This document shows positions 24,428-32,287 of a stretch of 35,185 bases of DNA, piece after piece. Numbering within the stretch: the stretch's first letter is position 1; the number at the start of each line of letters is the position of its first letter. A model generated the notes under the pieces. The model ran no database searches and had not been told where the DNA came from. It was given only the letters and a program-made list of their open reading frames with translations. Position numbers and translations under genes: made by a program. The DNA is taken from the NCBI GenBank assembly GCA_964395755.1, contig CAYNBD010000002.1, forward strand, positions 1-35,185, in the 5' to 3' direction. Origin of the DNA: an uncultured Gammaproteobacteria bacterium (GTDB lineage Bacteria > Patescibacteriota > Patescibacteriia > Patescibacteriales > CAYMCJ01).

Positions 24428-25714
24428 ATGAATATTATTTTTACAATTCAAACCGCTTTGCAGGCGATGCGGGCCAATAAAGTCAGGACCGGCTTGACTG
24501 TTTTGGGGGTGGTTATCGGCATTGCCAGCGTTATTATCGTTTTTTCCGCCGGGGCGGGCATTAACAGCCTGATTTTAGGCGAGGTTGAATCCTTTGGCGG
24601 GTCGGACATGATTGAAACCGAAATTAAGGTCCCGAGCACGCAAAAAGGAACAAGCAGCGACATTCAGGCGGGGGCCAATTTGGCCCTGGGAGTGCAGGTA
24701 ACGAGCTTGACCCTGAAAGACATGGACGATATTGATAAATTGCCTTTGATAGAAAGAAGTTATGCCGGCATTATGGGCCAGGAACAGGTAAGTTATAGTA
24801 ATGAATTGCGCAAGGTTTTTTTGCTCGGCACTACGGCTGATTTTATTGAAATTGATAAAAGCGAAATAGATTATGGTCGGTTTTTTACCGAAGCGGAGGA
24901 TAAGTCATTGGCCCAGGTAGCTATTTTAGGCAGTAAAATAAAAGATAAGCTGTTTGGTGATTCTGATCCGATTGGCAAATCAATTAAAATAAGAAAAGAG
25001 AAATTTAGAGTAATTGGGGTGCTGAAAGAAAGGGGGGCGGTGATGACGATTGATTTTGATGATTTTGTTTATGTTCCTATTAGGACTTTACAGAAAAAAG
25101 TTATGGGTATTGATCATGTTATTTATTTAATGCATCAGGTTGTTGATCAAAACCGGGTGGACGAGGCGGCCGAAGAAATTCGTTATCTTTTGCGGGAGAA
25201 TCATGATTTGCCCCAGCCGGCAGAAGCGACCGGTTGGACCGGAGCGAGCAAGGATGATTTTCGGGTAACTGCCATGACTGAATCAGTGGAGATAATGGAA
25301 ACAGTGACCGGAGCGATTACGCTTTTGCTTTTGGCCATCGTGGCCATTTCTTTAATCGTGGGCGGGGTGGGCATCACCAACATTATGTACGTTGTTGTTG
25401 TTGAAAGGACCGCGGAAATCGGCTTGCGCAAAGCCGTGGGCGCCAGCTACGCCGATATAATGCGGCAGTTTTTGTTTGAATCGGTTTTAATTACGGTCGC
25501 GGGAGGAATCATCGGCATTATCGCCGGGGTGATGGTTTCCTTTGCAATTTATTTAGGGGCGAGCGCTTACGGGCTGGATTGGCGTTTTAGCATACCACTG
25601 GAAGCTTATATTGTAGCCCTGGGTTTTTCTTCGGTTTTTGGCGTCGCTTTCGGGGTTTATCCGGCGCGCAAAGCGGCCCGGCTGGAGCCGGTTGAGGCAT
25701 TGCGCAATGAGTAA
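24428..25714 (+). CDS. ABC transporter permease, MacB-PCD + FtsX family (paralog 2)
   Basis: Same architecture as 23071..24327: VGGVGITNIMYVVVVERTAEIGLRKAVGA ... YPARKAARLEPVEALRNE. Confidence 0.9.
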   Translation: MNIIFTIQTALQAMRANKVRTGLTVLGVVIGIASVIIVFSAGAGINSLILGEVESFGGSDMIETEIKVPSTQKGTSSDIQAGANLALGVQVTSLTLKDMDDIDKLPLIERSYAGIMGQEQVSYSNELRKVFLLGTTADFIEIDKSEIDYGRFFTEAEDKSLAQVAILGSKIKDKLFGDSDPIGKSIKIRKEKFRVIGVLKERGAVMTIDFDDFVYVPIRTLQKKVMGIDHVIYLMHQVVDQNRVDEAAEEIRYLLRENHDLPQPAEATGWTGASKDDFRVTAMTESVEIMETVTGAITLLLLAIVAISLIVGGVGITNIMYVVVVERTAEIGLRKAVGASYADIMRQFLFESVLITVAGGIIGIIAGVMVSFAIYLGASAYGLDWRFSIPLEAYIVALGFSSVFGVAFGVYPARKAARLEPVEALRNE

Positions 25715-25743
25715 TTGGATAGCCTAGACATTTTATTCAAATA

Positions 25744-25782
25744 AAAAAAGGCAAGGTCGTAATTCGCTTGCCTTTTATGGTT
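25744..25782 (+). terminator. intrinsic terminator ending the efflux operon
   Basis: aaaggcaag (25747..25755) pairs with cttgccttt (25767..25775), followed by ttttatggtttt. The upstream A-run would allow bidirectional function. Confidence 0.7.
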
Positions 25783-26030
25783 TTGGGGGAATGTCCCCAT
25801 TACTGCCCAGCGATTTTTTTTCGGTCATTGAGCATTATATTGTTTTGTTTCGCTATGAGCAGACATATATCTTGCGCTAACAAATTTTCCATCCGTCTTG
25901 ATTCTTGATTTTATTCCTCCATTTTTATGTGTTTTTGTATAAATAATGCTTAATGATTGCGTGAATTTTATTGACGTTTTATCTTATCAGAACCTTGCTT
26001 TCCCGTCAGATTTTAGGTATATTATAGAAT

Positions 26031-26118
26031 GTTACATTGTTAAATTGTTACATTGCTAGAATTGCTAAGCCGTGATTACTTCCAACAATTTAACAATATA
26101 ACAATTTAACAATGCAAC
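26031..26118. repeat. taacaat-word inverted repeat ending 4 nt before the DUF4012 start codon
   Basis: The left arm is gttacattgttaaattgttacattgc (26031..26056). The right arm, caatataacaatttaacaatgcaac (26094..26118), matches its reverse complement at 23 of 25 positions. Confidence 0.65.
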
Positions 26119-26122
26119 AATT

Positions 26123-28129
26123 ATGTTTAAGCTTTCCCATTCAAAAAATATCAATTTTGCCCGGATTGCCGCCAAATCTTTGGATTTGTTCAATTCCGTT
26201 CCCGCGGTTAAAAGAAGAAAAAAAATACAAAGGGCGTTTTTTGTTTTAAAATATTTCGGTTACGGAATTATCGGGTTGGGTATTTTATTACTGGTGATTT
26301 TCGGAACGTCTCTGGGGAATTTTTTTAACGTTTACCGCCAAGCCCTGGCCGGCAGAGATAATCTGGAGCAGGCAGTTGATTTAATTCAAAGCGGACGTGA
26401 TTTTTCCGCGGCGGCCGAGTTTTCTGCCCGGGCGGAAAATAATTTTCAGGCGGTGCGCACTGACCTGGAAGAAGCGGGCGTCGGTTTTTTCGTTTCCCGT
26501 CTGCCGTTCGTGCAGAATGAAATAACCGATTTAATTTATTTGGCCCGGACAGCGGAGATTTTAAGCAAAACCTTAAATCAGGGAGCGGTTTTAGGTCAAA
26601 GCGTGGCCGTGACTCTGGATAAGGCGGGCAATACCGGTTTTTCCAGCCTGACCGTTGAAGAAAAAAAGGAAGTTTTGCGCCTTATCTATCAGTCCGGACC
26701 GGAATTAAACGGTTTGAGCGCCGGTTTGGATTTAGCTTATTTGAATTTAGAACAAGTTAATCTAAGCCCCTGGTTTTTTCCCGTTCAGGGCCGGGCGGAG
26801 AAATTAAAATTGCAAATCCGGACGGCGCGTGATTTTATGTCCCGTCTGACGCCTCTCTCCCAGATTTTGCCGACGCTTCTTGGTTATCCCGAGAAGGGAG
26901 AATTTTTATTGATTTTAAATAATTCGGCTGAACTCCGGCCCGGCGGCGGCCGGCCAACAGTTTATGGGATTGCGGAAACGGCCAACGGTGACCTGGCGGC
27001 ACTTCACACCGCCGCCGTTTCCTCTTTGGACAAGGCGGCACAAAACAAGTTGAACATTAAGCCGCCCGCTTCCTTGGCCGAGAATTTGGGCGTTAACCGC
27101 TGGTTGCTGGGTACTGCCGGCTGGTCGCCTGATTGGCCCGCGGCCGCGGCGCGCATTGAATGGCTATACGGGCGGGAAAGAGAATTTTCTTCCACGCTGG
27201 CTGATAATTTTGCCGGAGAGTTCACTGGCGTTATCACATTGAATCCAGAATTTATTGTTGACCTGATGCGCCTGGTTGGGCCGGTGACGGTCGGGGGCAG
27301 CGAATATAACCAGGATAATTTTATTCTTTTGTTAAGGGAAGGCGAAAACGACCCGGCCGTGCTGGCGGACAAAGAAATCGTTGGTCGGGTGTTGAATGAA
27401 TTAAAAATAAAATTATTTTCCTTACCCCTTGATTATTGGCTGGAAACGGTTGATATTATGGAAGAGAATATTTTAGAAAAGAACATTTTGCTATTTTTTA
27501 ACCAACCGCCATTGCAAGATTTAGCCGTGGATTTCGGTTTAGCCGGAGAAATCAAGCAGACCGCGGGTGATTATTTAATGGTGGTTGACGCCAATTTGAC
27601 CGGCGCGGCCGTAGATGAATCCGTCAGCAAAAACATCAGTTACAGCCTTAATCAAAATGCCAATGGTCTGTTCGGCAGGTTAAAAGTTAATTACGCTTAC
27701 GGTCATAATTTGACCGGGCCGGACATTTCTTACAGAACCTATACCCGGGTTTACGTTCCGGCCGGCAGCCAGCTGGTAAAAGCCGAAGGATTTTCCGCGC
27801 CGGCGGCGGCCAGCGGCAGTGAAGCGGGAAAAACTTTTTTCGGCGGCCAAATTGCAGTGGCGCCGGGAGAAATCGCGAGTCTGTATCTGGAATATAAATT
27901 ACCGCTGGAATTGGCCGAGCGGCTGAATTCAGGGGTTTATGATTTATATATTCAGAGACAGCCGGGCAGCAGGATGGCCGGACTGACAGTTGACTTAAAT
28001 ACCGATAACAGGATAGAATCATATAGACCGACCGGTTTTTACGCTGACAGGTTGGATCAGGATAGAATCAGGTGGATTACCGGCCTGGAGACGGATAAGG
28101 CGTTTGGTATAGCAACGGATGCGCGATAA
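26123..28129 (+). CDS. DUF4012 domain-containing membrane-anchored protein
   Basis: An N-terminal TM (YFGYGIIGLGILLLVIFG) and the characteristic segment FLLILNNSAELRPGGGRPTVYGIAE, as recalled for DUF4012. Confidence 0.8.
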   Translation: MFKLSHSKNINFARIAAKSLDLFNSVPAVKRRKKIQRAFFVLKYFGYGIIGLGILLLVIFGTSLGNFFNVYRQALAGRDNLEQAVDLIQSGRDFSAAAEFSARAENNFQAVRTDLEEAGVGFFVSRLPFVQNEITDLIYLARTAEILSKTLNQGAVLGQSVAVTLDKAGNTGFSSLTVEEKKEVLRLIYQSGPELNGLSAGLDLAYLNLEQVNLSPWFFPVQGRAEKLKLQIRTARDFMSRLTPLSQILPTLLGYPEKGEFLLILNNSAELRPGGGRPTVYGIAETANGDLAALHTAAVSSLDKAAQNKLNIKPPASLAENLGVNRWLLGTAGWSPDWPAAAARIEWLYGREREFSSTLADNFAGEFTGVITLNPEFIVDLMRLVGPVTVGGSEYNQDNFILLLREGENDPAVLADKEIVGRVLNELKIKLFSLPLDYWLETVDIMEENILEKNILLFFNQPPLQDLAVDFGLAGEIKQTAGDYLMVVDANLTGAAVDESVSKNISYSLNQNANGLFGRLKVNYAYGHNLTGPDISYRTYTRVYVPAGSQLVKAEGFSAPAAASGSEAGKTFFGGQIAVAPGEIASLYLEYKLPLELAERLNSGVYDLYIQRQPGSRMAGLTVDLNTDNRIESYRPTGFYADRLDQDRIRWITGLETDKAFGIATDAR

Positions 28130-28294
28130 TTGAAAAAATAAGGGGTAAATGCGAAAGAAACGAAGGTGAAAAATAAATCAGATAAGAATGAGCAGAAGAC
28201 TGGAATCAGGAATTAGGGGATCTGGAATTAGGGCTTAGGTACTTAGGGCTTAGTGCGACTGATAAATAAGAATAAAATTGTTAAACTGCTGTAT

Positions 28295-28329
28295 GTTACG
28301 TGTTACGTGTTACGTGTTGCATGTTTACT
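28295..28329 (+). repeat. tandem heptamer array gttacgt x3 plus two degenerate units
   Basis: Read directly in the pyrimidine-rich half of the spacer upstream of mreB: gttacgt gttacgt gttacgt gttgcat gtttact. Confidence 0.6.
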
Positions 28330-28394
28330 GTCGTCTGTTTTCTGTTTACTATTTAATTTAACTAATTAACTATCTAACTGATTTAACCAATATT

Positions 28395-29402
28395 ATGTTT
28401 ATCAAGCGCATTGGCATTGATTTGGGCACAACCTATACTTTGGTGCATTTGCCGCGCCGGGGCATAGTTATAAATGAGCCCAGCGTGGTGGCGGTTTCCA
28501 TGGATGACCGGAAAATTTTGGCAGTGGGCAATGAAGCTAAAGACATGCTGGGCCGGACTCCGGATACGATTATCGCTTTGAAGCCGTTAAAAGACGGCGT
28601 GATTGCCGATTACCGCACTACCGAAGCCATGCTTAGATATTTTATCAATAAAGCTTTGGGCGGGATGAGACTTTTCCGGCCGGAAGTTATGGTAGCGGTG
28701 CCGGCCGGAATCTCTTCTACCGAACGCCGGGCCGTCACCGAGGCCACCATCGCCGCCGGCGCCAAAGCCGCTTATATCATTAAAGAACCGATTGCCGCCG
28801 CCATCGGAGCCGACATCTCCATTGGTTCGGCTTCCGGCCACATGATCATTGACATCGGCGGGGGAACCGCGGAAATGGCGGTTATCTCCCTGGGAGGAAT
28901 TGTTTCTTCCATTTCCGTACGCATCGGGGGCAATAAATTTGACGCCGCGATTTTGGAATATATCAGGCGCAAATATAATTTGGCCATCGGCGAAAGAACG
29001 GCGGAGGAGATAAAAATCAATATCGGTTCCGCCCTGTTTTTGGAAGATAAGTTAAGCATGGAAATCCGCGGCCGGGACATTATCAGCGGTTTGCCGCGCA
29101 GCATTACCGTTACCAGCGATGACGTGACCGAAGCGATTCAAAACGAACTGGAAGCCATCATCAATGCCACCAAGAAGGTTTTGCATGAAACCCCGCCTGA
29201 ATTGGCGGCTGACATTATGGACAAAGGCATAGTCCTTTCCGGCGGCAGTTCCTTATTGCGCAACATCGATCAGCTTTTGTCCCGCACCATCGGGGTGCCG
29301 GTTTACGTGGCCGATGACGCCCTGTTGTGCGTAGCCAAGGGCACCGGCATTGCTTTGGATAATCTTGATTCCTATAAGCGGAGCATTTTGGCGACTAAAT
29401 AA
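28395..29402 (+). CDS. mreB: rod shape-determining protein MreB
   Basis: Actin-fold phosphate motifs IGIDLGTTYT and MIIDIGGGTAEMAV, plus GIVLSGGSSLLRNIDQLL. The length of 335 aa fits. Confidence 0.95.
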   Translation: MFIKRIGIDLGTTYTLVHLPRRGIVINEPSVVAVSMDDRKILAVGNEAKDMLGRTPDTIIALKPLKDGVIADYRTTEAMLRYFINKALGGMRLFRPEVMVAVPAGISSTERRAVTEATIAAGAKAAYIIKEPIAAAIGADISIGSASGHMIIDIGGGTAEMAVISLGGIVSSISVRIGGNKFDAAILEYIRRKYNLAIGERTAEEIKINIGSALFLEDKLSMEIRGRDIISGLPRSITVTSDDVTEAIQNELEAIINATKKVLHETPPELAADIMDKGIVLSGGSSLLRNIDQLLSRTIGVPVYVADDALLCVAKGTGIALDNLDSYKRSILATK

Positions 29403-29471
29403 AAAATAAGAAAAATAAGAGAAATAAGAAATTTATCCTCTTGTTCTTATTTTACTTTTTATTCTTATTTT
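29403..29471. repeat. aataag-word inverted repeat (same family as 18164..18236)
   Basis: 29403..30 (aaaataagaaaaataagagaaataagaa) matches the reverse complement of 29444..29471 at 24 of 28 positions. In addition, cttgttcttattttactt (29440..29457) is the exact reverse complement of 18170..18187. Confidence 0.65.
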
Positions 29472-29482
29472 ATTTATTTTAT

Positions 29483-30766
29483 ATGGTGATAGGCATTGAT
29501 GCCTCCCGGGCTAATCGGGACCACAAAACCGGAACCGAGTGGTATTCATATTATTTAATCAGATGGTTAGCCAAGCTGGATTCCAAGAACCAGTATATTT
29601 TGTATACTGATCAACCGCTTAAGGGCGGCTTGTTGGATTTGGGCACTAAACAATATTTTGCCCCGGTCGCGGAAGAACCGGCGCCGGCATACGACCGGGA
29701 CGGCTATCAAAAAATCAAAAGTCCGCATCATAATTTTAAAGCCAAGGTTTTGGCCTGGCCTTTTGGTTTTTTTTGGACTTTAGGCAGGCTGTCCTGGGAG
29801 ATGCTGCTTCATAAGCCGGACGTTTTATTTGTCCCGGCTCATAGTCTGCCCCTGCTTCATCCCCATAAGACCGTTAACACTATCCACGACGTGGCTTTCG
29901 CCAGGGACAGACAGCTGTATCGGCAGGATGAGATGGGGCCGCAAGAAGCGAAATACAGGCACTTGCTTGATTTTTTTATTAAAGTTTTCACTTTAAATAA
30001 ATATCACGCCAACTCCCTTGATTATTTAAACTGGTCGGTCCGTTTTGCCTTAAAGCACGCCCGCAAGATCATCACCGTCTCCAATTTTTCCAAACAAGAA
30101 ATCATGGACATCTACGGCGCCAAGGCGGAGAAGTTAACGGTTATTTATAACGGTTACAATAAATTTTTATACAGGCAAATTGCCGACAATAATGAAATAG
30201 CAAAAATTTTAGACAAATACGGCATAGAAAGGCCGTATCTTTTGTATGTCGGCCGCCTGGAGAAAAAGAAAAATGTTTCCCGTTTGGTTGAGGCGTTTGC
30301 GATCGCGAAAGAGAGCAATAAAAACATAAAGCAAAAATTGGTCCTGGTGGGCGACGCCGGTTTTGGTTATGACGAAATTAATTACGTTATCCAGGAATTT
30401 AATTTGACGTCGGAGATAATCATGCCGGGCTGGATTGCGGAAGAATATATACCCGCCATTTATAACGGCGCTACGGCTTTTATATTTCCTTCGGAATACG
30501 AGGGGTTTGGCATTCCGGTTTTGCAGGCCATGGCCTGCCGGGTGCCGGTAGCCGCTTCGTCCATCCCGACTTTGCGGGAGGTGGCCGGGGAAGCGGCTTT
30601 GTTTTTTGACCCCGATGACGTTCGTTCCGTTGCCCGGGCGATTGAAAAAATATTAACGGACAGCAAATTAAGGGAACAATTAATCGGTCTGGGAGAGAAA
30701 CGAATAAAGAAATTCAGTTGGGAAAAATGCGCTCGGGAAACGCTGAAAGTCCTTAATGATTTATAG
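29483..30766 (+). CDS. GT4-family (group 1) glycosyltransferase
   Basis: The C-terminal half has PSEYEGFGIPVLQAMACRVPVAASS, the EX7E-type GT4 motif. The start is set at ATG 29483 (MVIGIDAS) because the upstream MFLFYFLFLFYLFY extension is translated from the aataag repeat. Confidence 0.88.
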   Translation: MVIGIDASRANRDHKTGTEWYSYYLIRWLAKLDSKNQYILYTDQPLKGGLLDLGTKQYFAPVAEEPAPAYDRDGYQKIKSPHHNFKAKVLAWPFGFFWTLGRLSWEMLLHKPDVLFVPAHSLPLLHPHKTVNTIHDVAFARDRQLYRQDEMGPQEAKYRHLLDFFIKVFTLNKYHANSLDYLNWSVRFALKHARKIITVSNFSKQEIMDIYGAKAEKLTVIYNGYNKFLYRQIADNNEIAKILDKYGIERPYLLYVGRLEKKKNVSRLVEAFAIAKESNKNIKQKLVLVGDAGFGYDEINYVIQEFNLTSEIIMPGWIAEEYIPAIYNGATAFIFPSEYEGFGIPVLQAMACRVPVAASSIPTLREVAGEAALFFDPDDVRSVARAIEKILTDSKLREQLIGLGEKRIKKFSWEKCARETLKVLNDL

Positions 30767-30787
30767 TTGGTCATCTCTTATATCAAA

Positions 30788-30817
30788 TTGTAAATTTTAG
30801 TAATTTTTTGTTATAAT
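30788..30817 (+). promoter_or_regulatory. promoter TTGTAA-18 nt-(TGt)TATAAT at the left edge of the AT-rich islet
   Basis: TTGTAA at 30788..30793 and TATAAT at 30812..30817 with an extended -10 TG. It lies about 200 nt upstream of the lipoprotein gene. Confidence 0.5.
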
Positions 30818-30851
30818 ACGAATAAGCTTTAATTGTTTTCTGGTTAAAATA

Positions 30852-30887
30852 ATGAACATACCAATGAACATACCATGGTATGTTCAT
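30852..30887. repeat. triple 12-mer: atgaacatacca x2 direct, then its exact inverted copy tggtatgttcat
   Basis: The three copies are at 30852..30863, 30864..30875 and 30876..30887. The last two form a perfect 24-bp palindrome about 30 nt downstream of the predicted start site. Confidence 0.75.
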
Positions 30888-31016
30888 TGATTAAATACAG
30901 AGCGATAAACCGGAGCGGAACGCGCACATTGTACGAAATAAATTTTTATCTTAGTGGAGTTTTAATATTTAGGCGTTTTGAACATGACAAAAATTTAATT
31001 TTTTAGTAATAATTAT

Positions 31017-31466
31017 ATGTATAAAATTTTAATAATACTTACTATTTTTTTAGCGGGTTGTTCATCCTTGAACCAGCACGATCAAAGTGATTCCGTAAAA
31101 TCAAGTATTAACACTAATTTAGATGACAGATTAAAAAAAGAGCTTATCGTCTATCTTCAATGCACAAAAGATGAAATAGATAAGGAGGGCACAGATTTTG
31201 ATATAACAATTGCAGAATGTCTTGATGTTAAAAACGCTCTTGTTGATATGATATATTACTCATGTTACGAAGAAAACAAGCAAGATTTTTTACTTGATAT
31301 AGATGAATTAGATATTGACAATAAAACACTACTTAGACAAAAAATCGATAACTCAAATGAAAAAATGCATATAATTATAAAACAGTGCGTTATTCATAAA
31401 CTTGAAAAAGAAAATTTAAAAGATTTATACAATGATCTGGAAAAAATTAATAATAAAAATAAATGA
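31017..31466 (+). CDS. small lipoprotein, Cys- and Asp/Glu/Lys-rich, unknown function
   Basis: Signal peptide with lipobox MYKILIILTIFLAGC. Very AT-rich. The TGA stop overlaps the next ATG (ATGA at 31463..31466). Confidence 0.7.
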   Translation: MYKILIILTIFLAGCSSLNQHDQSDSVKSSINTNLDDRLKKELIVYLQCTKDEIDKEGTDFDITIAECLDVKNALVDMIYYSCYEENKQDFLLDIDELDIDNKTLLRQKIDNSNEKMHIIIKQCVIHKLEKENLKDLYNDLEKINNKNK

Positions 31467-32158
31467 CAAATAAATATATTGGCTATAGAAAATTTTTCTT
31501 TGACCGATTTATTAAGGTAGCCCAAAACCCACTCAAAAAATTGAATAAGGCAAAAATTGACTCCAAAATAAAACTTAATGAAAAAGAATTATTTGTATTA
31601 AAAATCGGTCAGACTCTTGCGGAAATTGAAAGTCAATTAAGTTTGCTTAATTTTTTTCCAAAATTAATTAATTCTTCGAACTACTACCTAGAAAAAAAGG
31701 GTTTTTCTAAAATTGCACAATTCCGATATCACTTGGAGTGCTATTTTTCTGAAATCTATATACTAGATCAAAGACTGAAGAAATTAATAAAGATTCTACA
31801 AAATGAATTAGAGGATAAAAGCAAAAAAGAAATTTTAGGAAAATTAATAAAAAAACAGCACGAAATGCTTGACGGATTAATAAAGACCAGGGGACTTCAT
31901 GTGCATGAAAGAAAATATCAAGATGGCGATTTGTACTATATAGAACTATTGGATCAATATATAAAATCAAATCCACAAAATGAAAAAGTAGTGAAAGATG
32001 AAGTAAAATGTTTCTTAAATAGAAATAGAAAAAAATGGAAAAAAATCATTGAGAATAATATCCATAATATCAGCAGAAGCATTGATGAGATTTATTACAT
32101 TGTTTTTAAAGAACTAGAGTTATTAAAAAAGATTTTAGAAAATTTATCATCTCAATAA
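31463..32158 (+). CDS. hypothetical all-helical protein with an Rx4H (HEPN-like) motif
   Basis: A 231-aa ORF translationally coupled to the lipoprotein gene. The motif TRGLHVHER (R143..H148, nt 31889..31906) fits Rx4-6H. The protein has a K/E/L/I-rich helical composition. The family assignment is not verified. Confidence 0.65.
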   Translation: MTNKYIGYRKFFFDRFIKVAQNPLKKLNKAKIDSKIKLNEKELFVLKIGQTLAEIESQLSLLNFFPKLINSSNYYLEKKGFSKIAQFRYHLECYFSEIYILDQRLKKLIKILQNELEDKSKKEILGKLIKKQHEMLDGLIKTRGLHVHERKYQDGDLYYIELLDQYIKSNPQNEKVVKDEVKCFLNRNRKKWKKIIENNIHNISRSIDEIYYIVFKELELLKKILENLSSQ

Positions 32159-32164
32159 AACGTG

Positions 32165-32194
32165 AAGGAGTTTTAGATAAAGGGCATTCACCCC
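32165..32194 (+). repeat. 30-bp direct repeat, left copy (aaggagttttagataaagggcattcacccc)
   Basis: 29/30 identical to 33438..33467. It lies 6 nt after the stop of 31463..32158. Confidence 0.8.
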
Positions 32195-32225
32195 AATCTT
32201 ACTACAAAAAGTTTGTATATATCTG

Positions 32226-32254
32226 TTGACATAATATATACAAACTGCTATACT
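32226..32254 (+). promoter_or_regulatory. promoter TTGACA-17 nt-TATACT of the Fic gene, embedded in three tttgtatatat repeats
   Basis: TTGACA at 32226..32231 and TATACT at 32249..32254. The repeats are gtttgtatatat (32211..32222), its exact inverse atatatacaaac (32234..32245) and tttgtatatat (32254..32264). Confidence 0.6.
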
Positions 32255-32287
32255 TTGTATATATCTATATAAAGATGTAAACAAACT

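Noticed and set aside
25791-25925. Two overlapping small ORFs in the spacer after the efflux operon: plus strand MSPLLPSDFFSVIEHYIVLFRYEQTYILR, and minus strand MENLLAQDICLLIAKQNNIMLNDRKKIAGQ.
   Set aside because: Each is about 30 codons. The SD-like sequences are badly spaced (0-1 nt and about 23 nt). The two are mutually antisense and I have no conservation evidence.
29441-29482. The N-terminal extension MFLFYFLFLFYLFY of the glycosyltransferase, and the similar start of the minus-strand ORF 17914..18186.
   Set aside because: Both are translations of the aataag/cttatt spacer repeat. The conserved GT4 sequence begins at MVIGIDAS (ATG 29483). ORF 17914..18186 is antisense to the RmlC-like gene.
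30957-30975. A third copy of the 30-bp islet direct repeat at the left edge of the islet.
   Set aside because: Only a 9-nt core (ggagtttta) plus scattered matches align. This is too weak to call a repeat copy, so it is mentioned only as a hint.
31464-31466. Alternative genetic code (UGA recoding, as in some CPR lineages).
   Set aside because: TGA is used as a stop for the lipoprotein gene in a classic ATGA overlap. All conserved genes (rpoB, rpoC, mreB, rfbB, ABC) are full length under the standard code with no in-frame TGA.
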